DNA from: the human T2T-CHM13v2.0 reference genome, Homo sapiens
Direction: 5' to 3' (one strand)
Length of the DNA stretch: 64,000 nt
Assembly (NCBI RefSeq): GCF_009914755.1
Contig: NC_060933.1
Each line of letters starts with the position of its first letter. The first letter of the stretch is position 1. This document shows, piece by piece, positions 12,570-26,225 of the stretch. A model generated the notes under the pieces. That model saw only the letters and a list, made by a program, of their open reading frames with translations, did no database searches and had not been told where the DNA came from. Position numbers and translations under genes: made by a program.

Positions 12570-15170
12570 CCATTCCATTCCATTCCATTCCATTCCATTC
12601 CATTCCATTCCATTCCATTTCGTTCCATTCCATTCTATTCCGTATCATTCCATTCCATTCCATTCCATTCCATTCCATTCCACTCGTTTTGATTTCATTC
12701 CTTTCCATTCCATTCGGTTTGAAGGCATTCCATTCCATTCCATTCCATTCCATTCCATTCCATTCCATTCCATTCCATTTCGTTCCATTCCATTCTATTC
12801 CGTATCATTCCATTCCATTCCATTCCATTCCATTCCATTCCATTCCATTCCATTCCATTCCATTCCATTGTACTCGGGTTGATTCAATTCCATTGCATTC
12901 CATTCCATTCCATTCCATTCCATTCCGTTGCATTCCATTCCATTTCATTCGGATTGATTCTATTCAACTCCCTTACTCTCCATTATATTCCATTCCATTC
13001 GGGTTGTTCCATTCCATTCCATTCCATTCCACTCCATTCCATTGCACTCGGATTGATTCCATTCCATTCCATTCCATTCCATTCCATTCCATTCCATTCC
13101 GGATGATTCCATTCCATTGCATTCCGTTCCATTACATTCCCCTGCACTCGGGTTGATTCCATTCCATTCCATTCCATTCGATTCCATTCCATTCCAATTC
13201 TATCCATTCCATTCTATTCCGTACCATTCCATTCCATTGCATACAATTCCATTCCATTCCATTCCACTCCGTTCCGTTCCGTTCCGTTCCATTCCGTTCC
13301 ATTCCATTCCATTCCATTCTATTCGGTTTAATTCCATTCCATTCCATTCCATTCCATTCCATTCCATTCTATTCCATTCCATTGCAATCGATTTGAATCC
13401 ATTGCATTCCATTCCATTCCATTCCATTCCATTCCGGAAGATTCCATTCCATTGCATTCCATTCCATTCCATTCCATTCCATTCCATTCCATTCCATTCC
13501 ATTCCATTATACTCGGGTTGATTCCATTCCATTGCATTGCATTCCATTCCATTCCATTCCATTCCATTCCGTTCCATTCCATTCCATTACATTCGGATTG
13601 ATTCTTTTCAACTCCCTTACTCTCCATTACATTCCATTCTATTCGGGTTGTTCCATTCCATTCCATTCCATTCCACTCCATTCCTTTGCACTCGGGTTGA
13701 TTCCATTCCATTCCATTCCATTCCATTCCGGATGATTCCAGTCCATTGCATTCCGTTCCATTATATTCCCCTGCACTCGGGTTGATTCCATTCCATTCCA
13801 TTCCATTCGATTCCATTCCATTCCCCTGCACTCGCGTTGATTCCATTCCATTCCATTCCATTCCATTCCATTCCATTCCATTCCATTCCATTTCGTTCCA
13901 TTCCATTCTATTCCGTATCATTCCATTCCATTCCATTCCATTCCATTCCATTCCACTCGTTTTGATTTCATTCCTTTCCATTCCATTCGGTTTGAAGGCA
14001 TTCCATTCCATTCCATTCCATTCCATTCCATTCCATTCCATTCCATTCCATTCCATTTCGTTCCATTCCATTCTATTCCGTATCATTCCATTCCATTCCA
14101 TTCCATTCCATTCCATTCCATTCCATTCCATTCCATTCCATTCCATTGTACTCGGGTTGATTCAATTCCATTGCATTCCATTCCATTCCATTCCATTCCA
14201 TTCCGTTGCATTCCATTCCATTTCATTCGGATTGATTCTATTCAACTCCCTTACTCTCCATTATATTCCATTCCATTCGGGTTGTTCCATTCCATTCCAT
14301 TCCATTCCACTCCATTCCATTGCACTCGGATTGATTCCATTCCATTCCATTCCATTCCATTCCATTCCATTCCATTCCGGATGATTCCATTCCATTGCAT
14401 TCCGTTCCATTACATTCCCCTGCACTCGGGTTGATTCCATTCCATTCCATTCCATTCGATTCCATTCCATTCCAATTCTATCCATTCCATTCTATTCCGT
14501 ACCATTCCATTCCATTGCATACAATTCCATTCCATTCCATTCCACTCCGTTCCGTTCCGTTCCGTTCCATTCCGTTCCATTCCATTCCATTCCATTCTAT
14601 TCGGTTTAATTCCATTCCATTCCATTCCATTCCATTCCATTCCATTCTATTCCATTCCATTGCAATCGATTTGAATCCATTGCATTCCATTCCATTCCAT
14701 TCCATTCCATTCCGGAAGATTCCATTCCATTGCATTCCATTCCATTCCATTCCATTCCATTCCATTCCATTCCATTCCATTCCATTATACTCGGGTTGAT
14801 TCCATTCCATTGCATTGCATTCCATTCCATTCCATTCCATTCCATTCCGTTCCATTCCATTCCATTACATTCGGATTGATTCTTTTCAACTCCCTTACTC
14901 TCCATTACATTCCATTCTATTCGGGTTGTTCCATTCCATTCCATTCCATTCCACTCCATTCCTTTGCACTCGGGTTGATTCCATTCCATTCCATTCCATT
15001 CCATTCCGGATGATTCCAGTCCATTGCATTCCGTTCCATTATATTCCCCTGCACTCGGGTTGATTCCATTCCATTCCATTCCATTCGATTCCATTCCATT
15101 CCCCTGCACTCGCGTTGATTCCATTCCATTCCATTCCATTCCATTCCATTCCATTCCATTCCATTCCATT
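12570..15170 (-). repeat. Near-identical tandem duplication, period ~1273-1278 bp
   Basis: Identical ORF translations offset by 1278 (12960/14238, 13117/14395, 13532/14810). Shared private variants include CACTCGTTTTGATTTC (12681/13954), ATTATACTCGGG and GATTCCAGTCC. Confidence 0.92.
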
Positions 15171-18100
15171 CCATTCCTTTCCATTCCAGTCTTTTCCATT
15201 CCATTCCACTCGGGTTGATTCCATTCTATTAGTTTCCATTCCATTCCATTCCCTTCCATTCCACTCTGGTTGATTCCATTCCTTTCCATTCCACTCGAAT
15301 ACATTCCCTCCTATTCCACTCGGAACGATTCCATTGCATTCCATTCCATTCCATTCCATTCCATTCCATTCCATTCCATTCCATTCCATTCCATTTCTTT
15401 CCATTCCATTCTATTCTGTATCATTCCATTCCATTCCATTCCATTCCATTCCATTCCATTCCGTTCCATTCCATTCCATTACATTCGGATTGATTCTATT
15501 CAATTCCCTTACACTCCATTACATTCCATTCCATTCGGGTAGTTTCCATTCCATTCCATTCCATTCCTCTCCATTCCATTGCACTCGGGTTGATTCCATT
15601 CCACTGCATTCCATTCCATTCCATTCAATTCCATTCCGTTCCATTCCATTCCGTTACATTCGGATTGATTCTATTCAACTCCCTTACTCTCCATTACATT
15701 CGATTCCTTTCGGGTTGTTCCATTCCATTCCATTCCATTCCACTCCATTCCATTGCACTCGGGTTGATTCCATTCCATTCCATTCCATTCCATTCCGGAA
15801 GATTCCATTCCATTGCATTCCATTCCATTCCATTCCCCTGCACTCGCGTTGATTCCATTCCATTCCATTCCATTCCATTCCATTCCATTCCATTCCTTTC
15901 CGTTCCATTCCATTCCATTCCATTCCATTCCAATCCATTCCATTCCGTTCCGTTCCGTTCCATTCCATTCCATTCCATTCTATTCGGGTTAATTCCATTC
16001 CATTCCATTCCATTGCAATCGAGTTGATTCCATTCCATTATATTCCATTCCATTCCCTTCCTTTCCGTTCCATTCCATTCCATTCCATGCCATTCCGTTC
16101 CGTTCCATTCCATTCCACTCCTTTCTTTTCGGGTTAATTCCATTCCATTCCATTCGATTGCAATCGAGTTGATTCCATTCCATTCCATTCCATTCCATTC
16201 CATTCCATTCCATTCCTTTCCATTCCATTACGGATGATTCCATTCCATTGCATTCCATTCCATTCCATTCCCCTGTACTCGGGTTGATTCCATTCCATTC
16301 CATTCCAATCCATGCAATTCCACTCGTGTTGATTCCATTCTTTCCATTCCATTTAAGTTGAATCCATTCCATTGCATTCCATTCCATTCGATTCCATTCG
16401 GTTGCACTCGGGTTGATTCCATTCCATTGCATTCCATTCCATTCCATTCCATTCCATTCCACTCCATTCCATTCCTTTCCATTCCATTCCATTACATTCG
16501 GATTGATTCTATTCAATTCCCTTACACTCCATTACATTCCATTCCATTCGGGTAGTTTCCATTCCATTCCATTCCATTCCTCTCTATTCCATTGAACTCG
16601 GGTTGATTCCATTCCATTGCATTCCATTCCATTCCATTCAATTCCATTCCGTTCCATTCCATTCCATTACATTCGGATTTATTCTATTCAACTCCCTTAC
16701 TCTCCATTACATTCCATTCCATTCGGGTTGTTCCATTCCATTCCATTCCATTCCACTCCATTCCATTGCACTCGGGTTTATTCCATTGCATTCCATTCAA
16801 TTCCATTCCATTCCATTCCATTCCGGAAGATTCCATTCCATTGCATTCCATTCCATTCCATTCCCGTGCACTCGCGTTGATTCCATTCCATTCCATTCCA
16901 TTCCATTCCATTCCATTCCATTCCATTCCATTCCTTTCCGTTCCATTCCATTCAATTCCATTCCATTCCATTCCATTCCAATCCATTCCGTTCCGTTCCG
17001 TTCCGTTCCATTCCATTCCATTCCATTCTATTGGGGTTAATTCCATTCCATTCCATTCGATTGCAATCGAGTTGATTCCATTCCATTCCATTCCATTCCA
17101 TTCCATTCCATTCCTTTCCATTCCATTACGGATGATTCCATTCCATTGCGTTCCATTCCATTCCATTCCCCTGTACTCGGGTTGATTCCATTCCATTCCA
17201 TTCCAATCCATGCCATTCCACTCGTGTTGATTCCATTCTTTCCATTCCATTCAAGTTGAATCCATTCCCTTGCATTCCATTCCATTCCATTCCCCTGCAG
17301 TCGGGTTGTTTCCATTCCATTCCATTCCATTCCATTCCATTCCATTCCATTCCGTTCCGTTCCGTTCCGTTCCATTCCATTCCATTCCATTCTATTCGGG
17401 TTAATTCCATTTCATTCCATTCCATTCCATTCCATTCCATTCCAATCGAGTTGATTCCATTCCATTCCATTCCATTCCATTCCACTCCATTCCAGTCCTT
17501 TCCATTACATTCCACTCGGGTTGATTCCAATGTATTCCTTTCCATTCCATTCCATTCCATTGCAATCGAGTTGATTCCATTGCTTTGCATTCCATTCCAT
17601 TCCATTCCATTCCGGATGATTGCATTCCATTGCATTCCATTCCATTCCATTCCCCTGCACTCGGGTTGATTCCATTCCATTCCACTCCATTCCGTTCCAT
17701 TCCATTCCATTGCATTTTATTCGGGTTAATTCCATTCCATTCCATTCCATTCCATTCCATTCCATTACAATCGAGTTGATTCCATTCCATTCCATTCCAT
17801 TCCAGTCCTTTCCATTCTATTCCTCTCGGGTTGATTCCATTCTATTAGATTCCATTCCATTCCATTCCCTTCCATTCCACTCTGGTTGATTCCATTCCTT
17901 TCCATTCCACTCGAATACATTCCCTCCTATTCCACTCGGAACGATTCCATTCCATTCCATTCCATTCCATTCCATTCCATTCCATTCCATTTCGTTCCAA
18001 TCCATTCTATTCCGTATCATTCCATTCCATTCCATTCCATTCCATTCCATCCCATTCCATTCCATTGTACTCGGGTTGATTCCATTCCATTGCATTCCAT

Positions 18101-21100
18101 TCCATTCCATTCCATTCCATTCCGTTCCATTCCATTCCATTACATTCGGATTGATTCTTTTCAACTCCCTTACTCTCCATTACATTCCATTCCATTCGGG
18201 TTGTTCCATTCCATTCCATTCCATTCCACTCAATTCCATTGCACTCGGGTTGATTCCATTCCATTCCATTCCATTCCATTCCGGATGATTCCATTCCATT
18301 GCATTCCGTTCCATTACATTCCCCTGCACTCGGGTTGATTCCATTCCATTCCATTCCATTCCATTCGATTCCATTCCATTCCCCTGCACTCGCGTTGATT
18401 CCATTCCATTCCATTCCATTCCATTCCATTCCATTCCATTCCATTCCATTCATTTCCATTCCAGTCTTTTCCATTCCATTCCACTCGGGTTGATTCCATT
18501 CTATTTGTTTCCATTCCATTCCATTCCCTTCCATTCCACTCTGGTTGATTCCATTCCTTTCCATTCCACTCGAATACATTCCCTCGTATTCCACTCGGAA
18601 CGATTCCATTCCATTCCATTCCATTCCTTTCCATTCCATTCCATTCCATTCCATTCCATTCCATTTCGTTCCATTCCATTCTATTCCGTATCATTCCATT
18701 CCATTCCATTCCATTCCATTCCATTCCATTCCATTCCACTCGTGTTGATTCCATTCCTTTCCATTCCATTCGGTTTGAAGGCATTCCATTCCATTCCATT
18801 CCATTCCATTCCATTCCATTCCATTGTACTCGGGTTGATTCCATTCCATTGCATTGCATTCCATTCCATTCCATTCCATTCCATTCCATTCCATTCCGTT
18901 CCATTCCATTCCATTACATTCGGATTGATTCTATTCAATTCCCTTACACTCCATTACATTCCATTCCATTCGGGTAGTTTCCATTCCATTCCATTCCATT
19001 CCTCTCCATTCCATTGCACTCGGGTTGATTCCATTCCATTGCATTCCCTTCCATTCCATTCAATTGCATTCCGTTCCATTCCATTCCATTACATTCGGAT
19101 TGATTCTATTCAACTCCCTTACTCTCCATTACATTCGATTCCTTTCGGGTTGTTCCATTCCATTCCATTCCATTCCACTCCATTCCATTGCACTCGGGTT
19201 GATTCCATTCCATTCCATTCCATTCCATTCCATTCCATTCCGGAAGATTCCATTCCATTGCATTCCATTCCATTCCATTCCCCTGCACTCGCGTTGATTC
19301 CATTCCATTCCATTCCATTCCATTCCATTCCATTCCATTCCATTCCTTTCCGTTCCATTCCATTCCATTCCATTCCATTCCAATCCATTCCATTCCGTTC
19401 CGTTGCGTTCCATTCCATTCCATTCCATTCTATTCGGGTTAATTCCATTCCATTCCATTCGATTGCAATCGAGTTTATTCCATTCCATTCTATTCCATTC
19501 CATTCCATTCCTTTCCATTCCATTACGGATGATTCCATTCCATTGCATTCCATTCCATTCCATTCCCCTGTACTCGGGTTGATTCCATTCCATTCCATTC
19601 CAATCCATGCCATTCCACTCGTGTTGATTCCATTCTTTCCATTCCATTCAAGTTGAATCCATTCCATTGCATTCCATTCCATTCCATTACCCTGCAGTCG
19701 GGTTGATTCCATTCCATTCCATTCCATTACATTACATTCCATTGCATTCCGTTCCGTTCCATTCCATTCCATTCCATTCTATTCGGGTTAATTCCATTCC
19801 ATTCCATTCCATTCCATTCCAATCGAGTTGATTCCATTCCATTCCATTCCATTCCATTCCACTCCATTCCAGTCCTTTCCATTCCATTCCACTCGGGTTG
19901 ATTCCAATGTATTCCTTTCCATTCCATTCCATTCCATTGCAATCGAGTTGGTTCCATTGCTTTGCATTCCATTCCATTCCATTCCATTCCGGATGATTCC
20001 ATTCCATAGCATTCCATTCCATTCCATTCCCCTGCACTCGGGTTGATTCCATTCCATTCCACTCCATTCCGTTCCATTCCATTCCATTCCATTGTATTCG
20101 GGTTAATTCCATTCCATTCCATTCCATTCCATTCCATTCCATTCCATTACAATCGAGTTGATTCCATTCCATTCCATTCCATTCCAGTCCTTTCCATTCC
20201 ATTCCACTCGGGTTGATTCCATTCTATTAGTTTCCATTCCATTCCATTCCCTTCCATTCCACTCTGGTTGATACCATTCCTTTCCATTCCACTCGAATAC
20301 ATTCCCTCCTATTCCACTCGGAACGATTCCATTCCATTCCATTCCCTTACATTCCATTCCATTGCATTCCATTTCGTTCCATTCCATTCTATTCCGTATC
20401 ATTCCATTCCATTCCATTCCATTCCATTCCATTCCACTCGTGTTGATTCCATTCCTTTCCATTCCATTCGGTTTAAAGGCATTCTATTCCATTCCATTCC
20501 ATTCCATTCCATTCCATTCCATTCCATTCCATTGTACTCGGGTTGATTCCATTCCATTGCATTCCATTCCATTCCATTCCATTCCATTCCGTTGCATTCC
20601 ATTCCATTACATTCGGATTGATTCTATTCAACTCCCTTACGCTCCATTACATTCCATTCCATTCGGGTTGTTCCATTCCATTCCATTCCATTCCACTCCA
20701 TTCTATTGCACTCGGGTTGATTCCATTCCATTCCATTCCATTCCATTCCATTCCATTCCGGATGATTCCATTCCATTGCATTCCGTTCCCTTACATTCCC
20801 CTGCACTCGCGTTGAATCCATTCCATTCCATTCCATTCCATTCAATTCCATTCCATTACAATTCGTTCCATTGCATTCTATTCCGTACCATTCCATTCCA
20901 TTCCATACCCTTCCATTGCATTCCATTCCATTCCATTCCGTTCCATTCCGTTCCATTGCATTCCATTCCATTCTATTCGGGTTAATTCCATTCCATTCCA
21001 TTCCATTCTATTCCATTCCATTTTAATCGAGTTGAATCCATTGCATTTCATTCCATTCCATTCCATTCCATTCCATTCCGGAAGATTCCATTCCATTGCA

Positions 21101-24100
21101 TTCCATTCCATTCCATTCCCCTGCACTCGCGTTGATTCCATTCCATTCCATTCCATTCCATTCCATTCCGTTCCGTTCCGTTCCGTTCCATTCCATTCCA
21201 TTCCATTCCATTCCGTTCCGTTCCATTCCATTCCATTCCATTCTATTCGGGTTAATTCCATTCCATGCCATTCGATTGCAATCGAATTGATTCCATTCCA
21301 TTTCATTCCATTCCATTCCATTCCATTCCATTCCTTTCCATTCCATTACGGATGATTCCATTCCATTGCATTCCATTCCATTCCATTCCCCTGTACTCCA
21401 GTTGATTCCATTCCATTCCATTCCAATCCATGCCATTCCACTCGTGTTGATTCCATTCTTTCCATTCCACTCAAGTTGAATCCATTCCATTGCATTCCAT
21501 TCCATTCGATTCCATTCGATTGCACTCGGGTTGATTCCATTCCATTGCATTCCATTCCATTCCATTCCATTCCATTCCATTCCATTCCGTTCCATTCCAT
21601 TCCATTACATTCGGATTGATTCTATTCAATTCTCTTACACTCCATTACATTCCATTCCATTCGGGTAGTTTCCATTCCATTCTATTCCTCTCCATTCCAT
21701 TGCACTCGGGTTGATTCCATTCCATTGCATTCCATTCCATTCCATTCAATTCCATTCCGTTCCATTCCATTCCATTACATTCGGATTGATTCTATTCAAC
21801 TCCCTTACTCTCCATTAAATTCCATTCCATTCGGGTTGTTCCATTCCATTCCATTACATTCCACTCCATTCCATTGCACTCGGGTTTATTCCATTCAATT
21901 CCATTCCATTCCATTCCATTCCATTCCATTCCATTCCGGAAGATTCCATTCCATTCCATTCCATTCCATTCCATTCCTTTCCATTCCATTCCATTCCATT
22001 CCATTCCATTCCATTCCGTTCCGTTCCGTTCCGTTCCATTCCATTCCATTCCATTCTATTCGGGTTAATTCCATTCCATTCCATTCGATTGCAATCGAGT
22101 TGATTCCATTCCATTCCATTCCATTCCATTCCATTCCATTCCATTCCTTTTCATTCCATTACGGATGATTCCATTCCTTTGCATTCCATTGCATTCCTTT
22201 CCCCTGTACTCGGGTTGATTCCTTTCCATTCCATTCCAATCCATGCCATTCTACTCGTATTGATTCCATTCTTTCCATTCCATTCAAGTTGAATCTATTC
22301 CATTGCTTTCCATTCCATTCCATTCCCCTGCAGTCGGGTTGATTCCATTCCATTCCATTCCATTCCATTCCATTTCATTCCGTTCCGTTCCGTTCCGTTC
22401 CATTACATTCCATTCCATTCTATTCGGGTTAATTCCATTCCATTCCATTCCATTCCATTCCATTCCAATCGAGTTGATTCCATTCCATTTCATTCCATTC
22501 CATTCCACTCCATTCCAGTCCTTTCCATTCCATTCCACTCGGGGTGATTCCAATGTATTCCTTTCCATTCCATTCCATTCCATTGCAATCGAGTTGATTC
22601 CATTGCTTTGCATTCCATTCCATTCCATTCCATTCCGGATGATTCCATTGCATTGCATTCCATTCCATTCCATTCCCCTGCACTCGGGTTGATTCCATTC
22701 CATTCCACTCCATTCCATTCCATTCCATTCCATTCCATTGTATTCGGGTTAATTCCATTCCATTCCATTCCATTCCATTCCATTCCATTACAATCGAGTT
22801 GATTCCATTCCATTCCATTCCATTCCATTGTAGTCCTTTCCATTCCATTCCACTCGGGTTGATTCCATTCTATTAGTTTCCATTCCATTCCATTCCCTTC
22901 CATTCCACTCTGCTGATTCCATTCCTTTCCATTCCTCTCGAATACATTCCCTCCTATTCCACTCGGAACGATTCCATTCCATTCCATTCCATTCCATTCC
23001 ATTCGATTCCATTTCGTTCCATTCCATTCTATTCCGTATCATTCCATTCCATTCCATTCCATTCCATTCCATTCCACTCGTGTTGATTACATTCCTTTCC
23101 ATTCCATTCGGTTTGAAGACATTCCATTCCATTCCATTCCATTCCATTCCATTCTACTCGGGTTGATTCCATTCCATTGCATTCCATTCCATTCCATTCC
23201 GGATGATTCCATTCCATTGCATTCCATTCCATTCCATTCCCCTGCACTCGGGTTGATTCCATTCCATTCCATTCCATTACATTCCGTTCCATTCCATTCC
23301 ATTCCATTCGGATTGATTCTATTCAATTCCCTTACACTCCATTACATTCCATTCCATTCGGGTAGTTTCCATTCCATTCCATTCCATTCCTCTCCATTCC
23401 ATTGCACTCGGGTTGATTCCATTCCATTCCATTCCATTCCATTCCATTCCATTCCATTGCATTCCATTCCGTTCCATAGTACTCTGGTTGATTCCATTCC
23501 ATTGCATTCCATTCCATTCCATTCCATTCCATTCCATTCCATTCCATTCCATTCCTTTCCATTCCATTACATTCGTATTGATTCTATTCAACTCCCTTAC
23601 TCTCCATTACATTCCATTCCATTCGGGTTTTTCCATTCCATTCCATTCCATTCCACTCCATTCCATTGCACTCGGGTTGATTCCATTCCATTCCATTCCA
23701 TTCCATTCCATTCCATTCCAATTCATTCCATTCCATTCTATTCCGTACCATTCCATTCCATTCCATACAATTCCATTCCATTCCATTCCACTCCGTTCCG
23801 TTCCGTTCCGTTCCGTTCCATTCCATTCCATTCCATTCCATTCTATTCGGTTTAATTCCATTCCATTCCATTCCATTCCATTCCATTCCATTCCATTCTA
23901 TTCCATTCCATTGCAATCGAGTTGAATCCATTGCATTCCATTCCATTCCATTCCATTCCATTACGGAAGATTCCATTCCATTCCATTCCATTCCATTCCA
24001 TTCCGTTCCATTCCATTCCATTCCATTCCATTGTACTCGGGTTGATTCCTTTCCATTGCATTCCATTCCATTCCATTCCATTCCATTCCATTCCGTTCCA

Positions 24101-26190
24101 TTCCATTCCATTACATTCGGATTGATTCTTTTCAACTCCCTTACTCTCCATTACATTCCATTCCATTCGGGTTGTTCCATTCCATTCCATTCCATTCCAC
24201 TCCATTCCATTTCACTCGGGTTGATTCCATTCCATTCCATTCCATTCCATTCCGGATGATTCCTTTCCATTGCATTCCGTTCCATTACATTCCCCTGCAC
24301 TCGGGTTGATTCCATTCCATTCCATTCCATTCGATTCCATTCCATTCTCCTGCACTCGCGTTGATTCCATTCCATTCCATTCCATTCCATTCCTTTCCAT
24401 TCCAGGCCTTTCCATTCCATTCCACTAGGGTTGATTCCATTCTATTAGTTTCCATTCCATTCCATTCCCTTCCATTCCACTCTGGTTGATTCCATTCCTT
24501 TCCATTCTACTCGAATACATTCCCTCCTATTCCACTCGGAACGATTCCATTCCATTCCATTCCATTCCAGTCCATTCCATTCCATTCCATTTCGTTCCAT
24601 TCCATCCTATTCCGTATCATTCCATTCCATTCCATTCCATTCCATTCCATTCCATTCCATTCCACTCGTGTTGATTCGATTCCTTTCCATTCCATTCGGT
24701 TTGATGGCATTCCATTCCATCCCATTCCATTCCATTGTACTCGGGTTGATTCCATTCCATTGCATTCCATTCCATTCCATTCCATTCCATTCCGTTGCAT
24801 TCCATTCCATTACATTCTGATTGATTCTATTCAACTCCCTTACTCTCCATTACATTCCATTCCATTCGGGTTGTTCCATTCCATTCCATTCCATTCCACT
24901 CCATTCCATTGCACTTGGGTTGATTCCATTCCATTCCATTCCATTCCATTCCATTCCGGATGATTCCATTCCATTGCATTCCGTTCCATTACATTCCCCT
25001 GCACTCGCGTTGATTCCATTCCATTCCATTCCATTCCATTGAATTCCATTCCATTACAATTCGTTCCATTCCATTCTATTCCATACCATTCCATTCCATT
25101 CCATACCATTCCATTGCATTCCATTCTATTCCATTCCATTCCACTCTATTCCAGTCCTTTCCATTCCATTCCAATCAGGTTGATTCCATTCTATTCCTTT
25201 CCATTCCATTCCTTTCCATTGCAATCGAGTTGATTCCATTGCTTTGCATTCCATTCCATTCCGGATGATTCCATTCCATTGCATTCCATTCCATTCCATT
25301 CCCGTGCACTCGGGTTGAACCCATTCCGTTCCATTCCATTCCATTCCATTCCATTCCATTCCATTGTATTCGGGTTAATTCCATTCCATTCCGTTCCATT
25401 CCATTCCATTCCATTCCATTACAATCGAGTTGATTCCATTCCATTCCATTCCATTCCATTTCAGTCCTTTCAATTCCATTCCACTCGGGTTGATTCCAAT
25501 CTAATCTATTAGTTTTCATTCCATTCCATTCCCTTCCATTCCACTCTGGTTGATTCCATTCCTTTCCATTCCACTCGAATACATTCTCTCCTATTCCCCT
25601 CGGAACGATTCCATTCCATTCCATTCCATTCCATTCCATTCCATTCCATTACATTCCGTTCCATTCCATTCCATTACATTCGGATTGATACTATTCAATT
25701 CCCTTACACTCCATTACATTCCATTCCATTCGGGTAGTTTCCATTCCATTCCATTCCATTCCTCTCCATTCCATTGCACTCGGGTTGATACCATTCCATT
25801 GCATTCCATTCCATTCCATTCAATTCCATTCCGTTCCATTCCATTCCATTACATTCGGATTGATTCTATTCAACTCCCTTACTCTCCATTACATTCCATT
25901 CCATTCGGGTTGTTCCATTTCATTCCATTCCATTCCACTCCATTCCATTGCACTCAGGTTGATTCCATTCCATTCCATTCCATTCCACTCCATTCCATTC
26001 CATTCCATTCCATTCCAGATGATTCCATTCCATTACATTCCGTTCCATTACATTCCCCTGCACTCGGGTTGATTCCATTCCATTCCATTCCATTCCATTC
26101 GATTCCATTCCATTCCAATTCTTTCCATTCCATTCTATTCCGTACCATTCCATTCCATTCCATACAATTCCATTCCATTCCATTCCATTC

Positions 26191-26225
26191 CGTTCCGTTC
26201 CGTTCCGTTCCGTTCCGTTCCGTTC
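26191..26225 (-). repeat. (CGTTC)7 / (GGAAC)n variant-pentamer microsatellite
   Basis: Seven consecutive CGTTC units, the longest such run I saw; shorter runs at ~886-905 and ~5853-5879. Confidence 0.85.
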
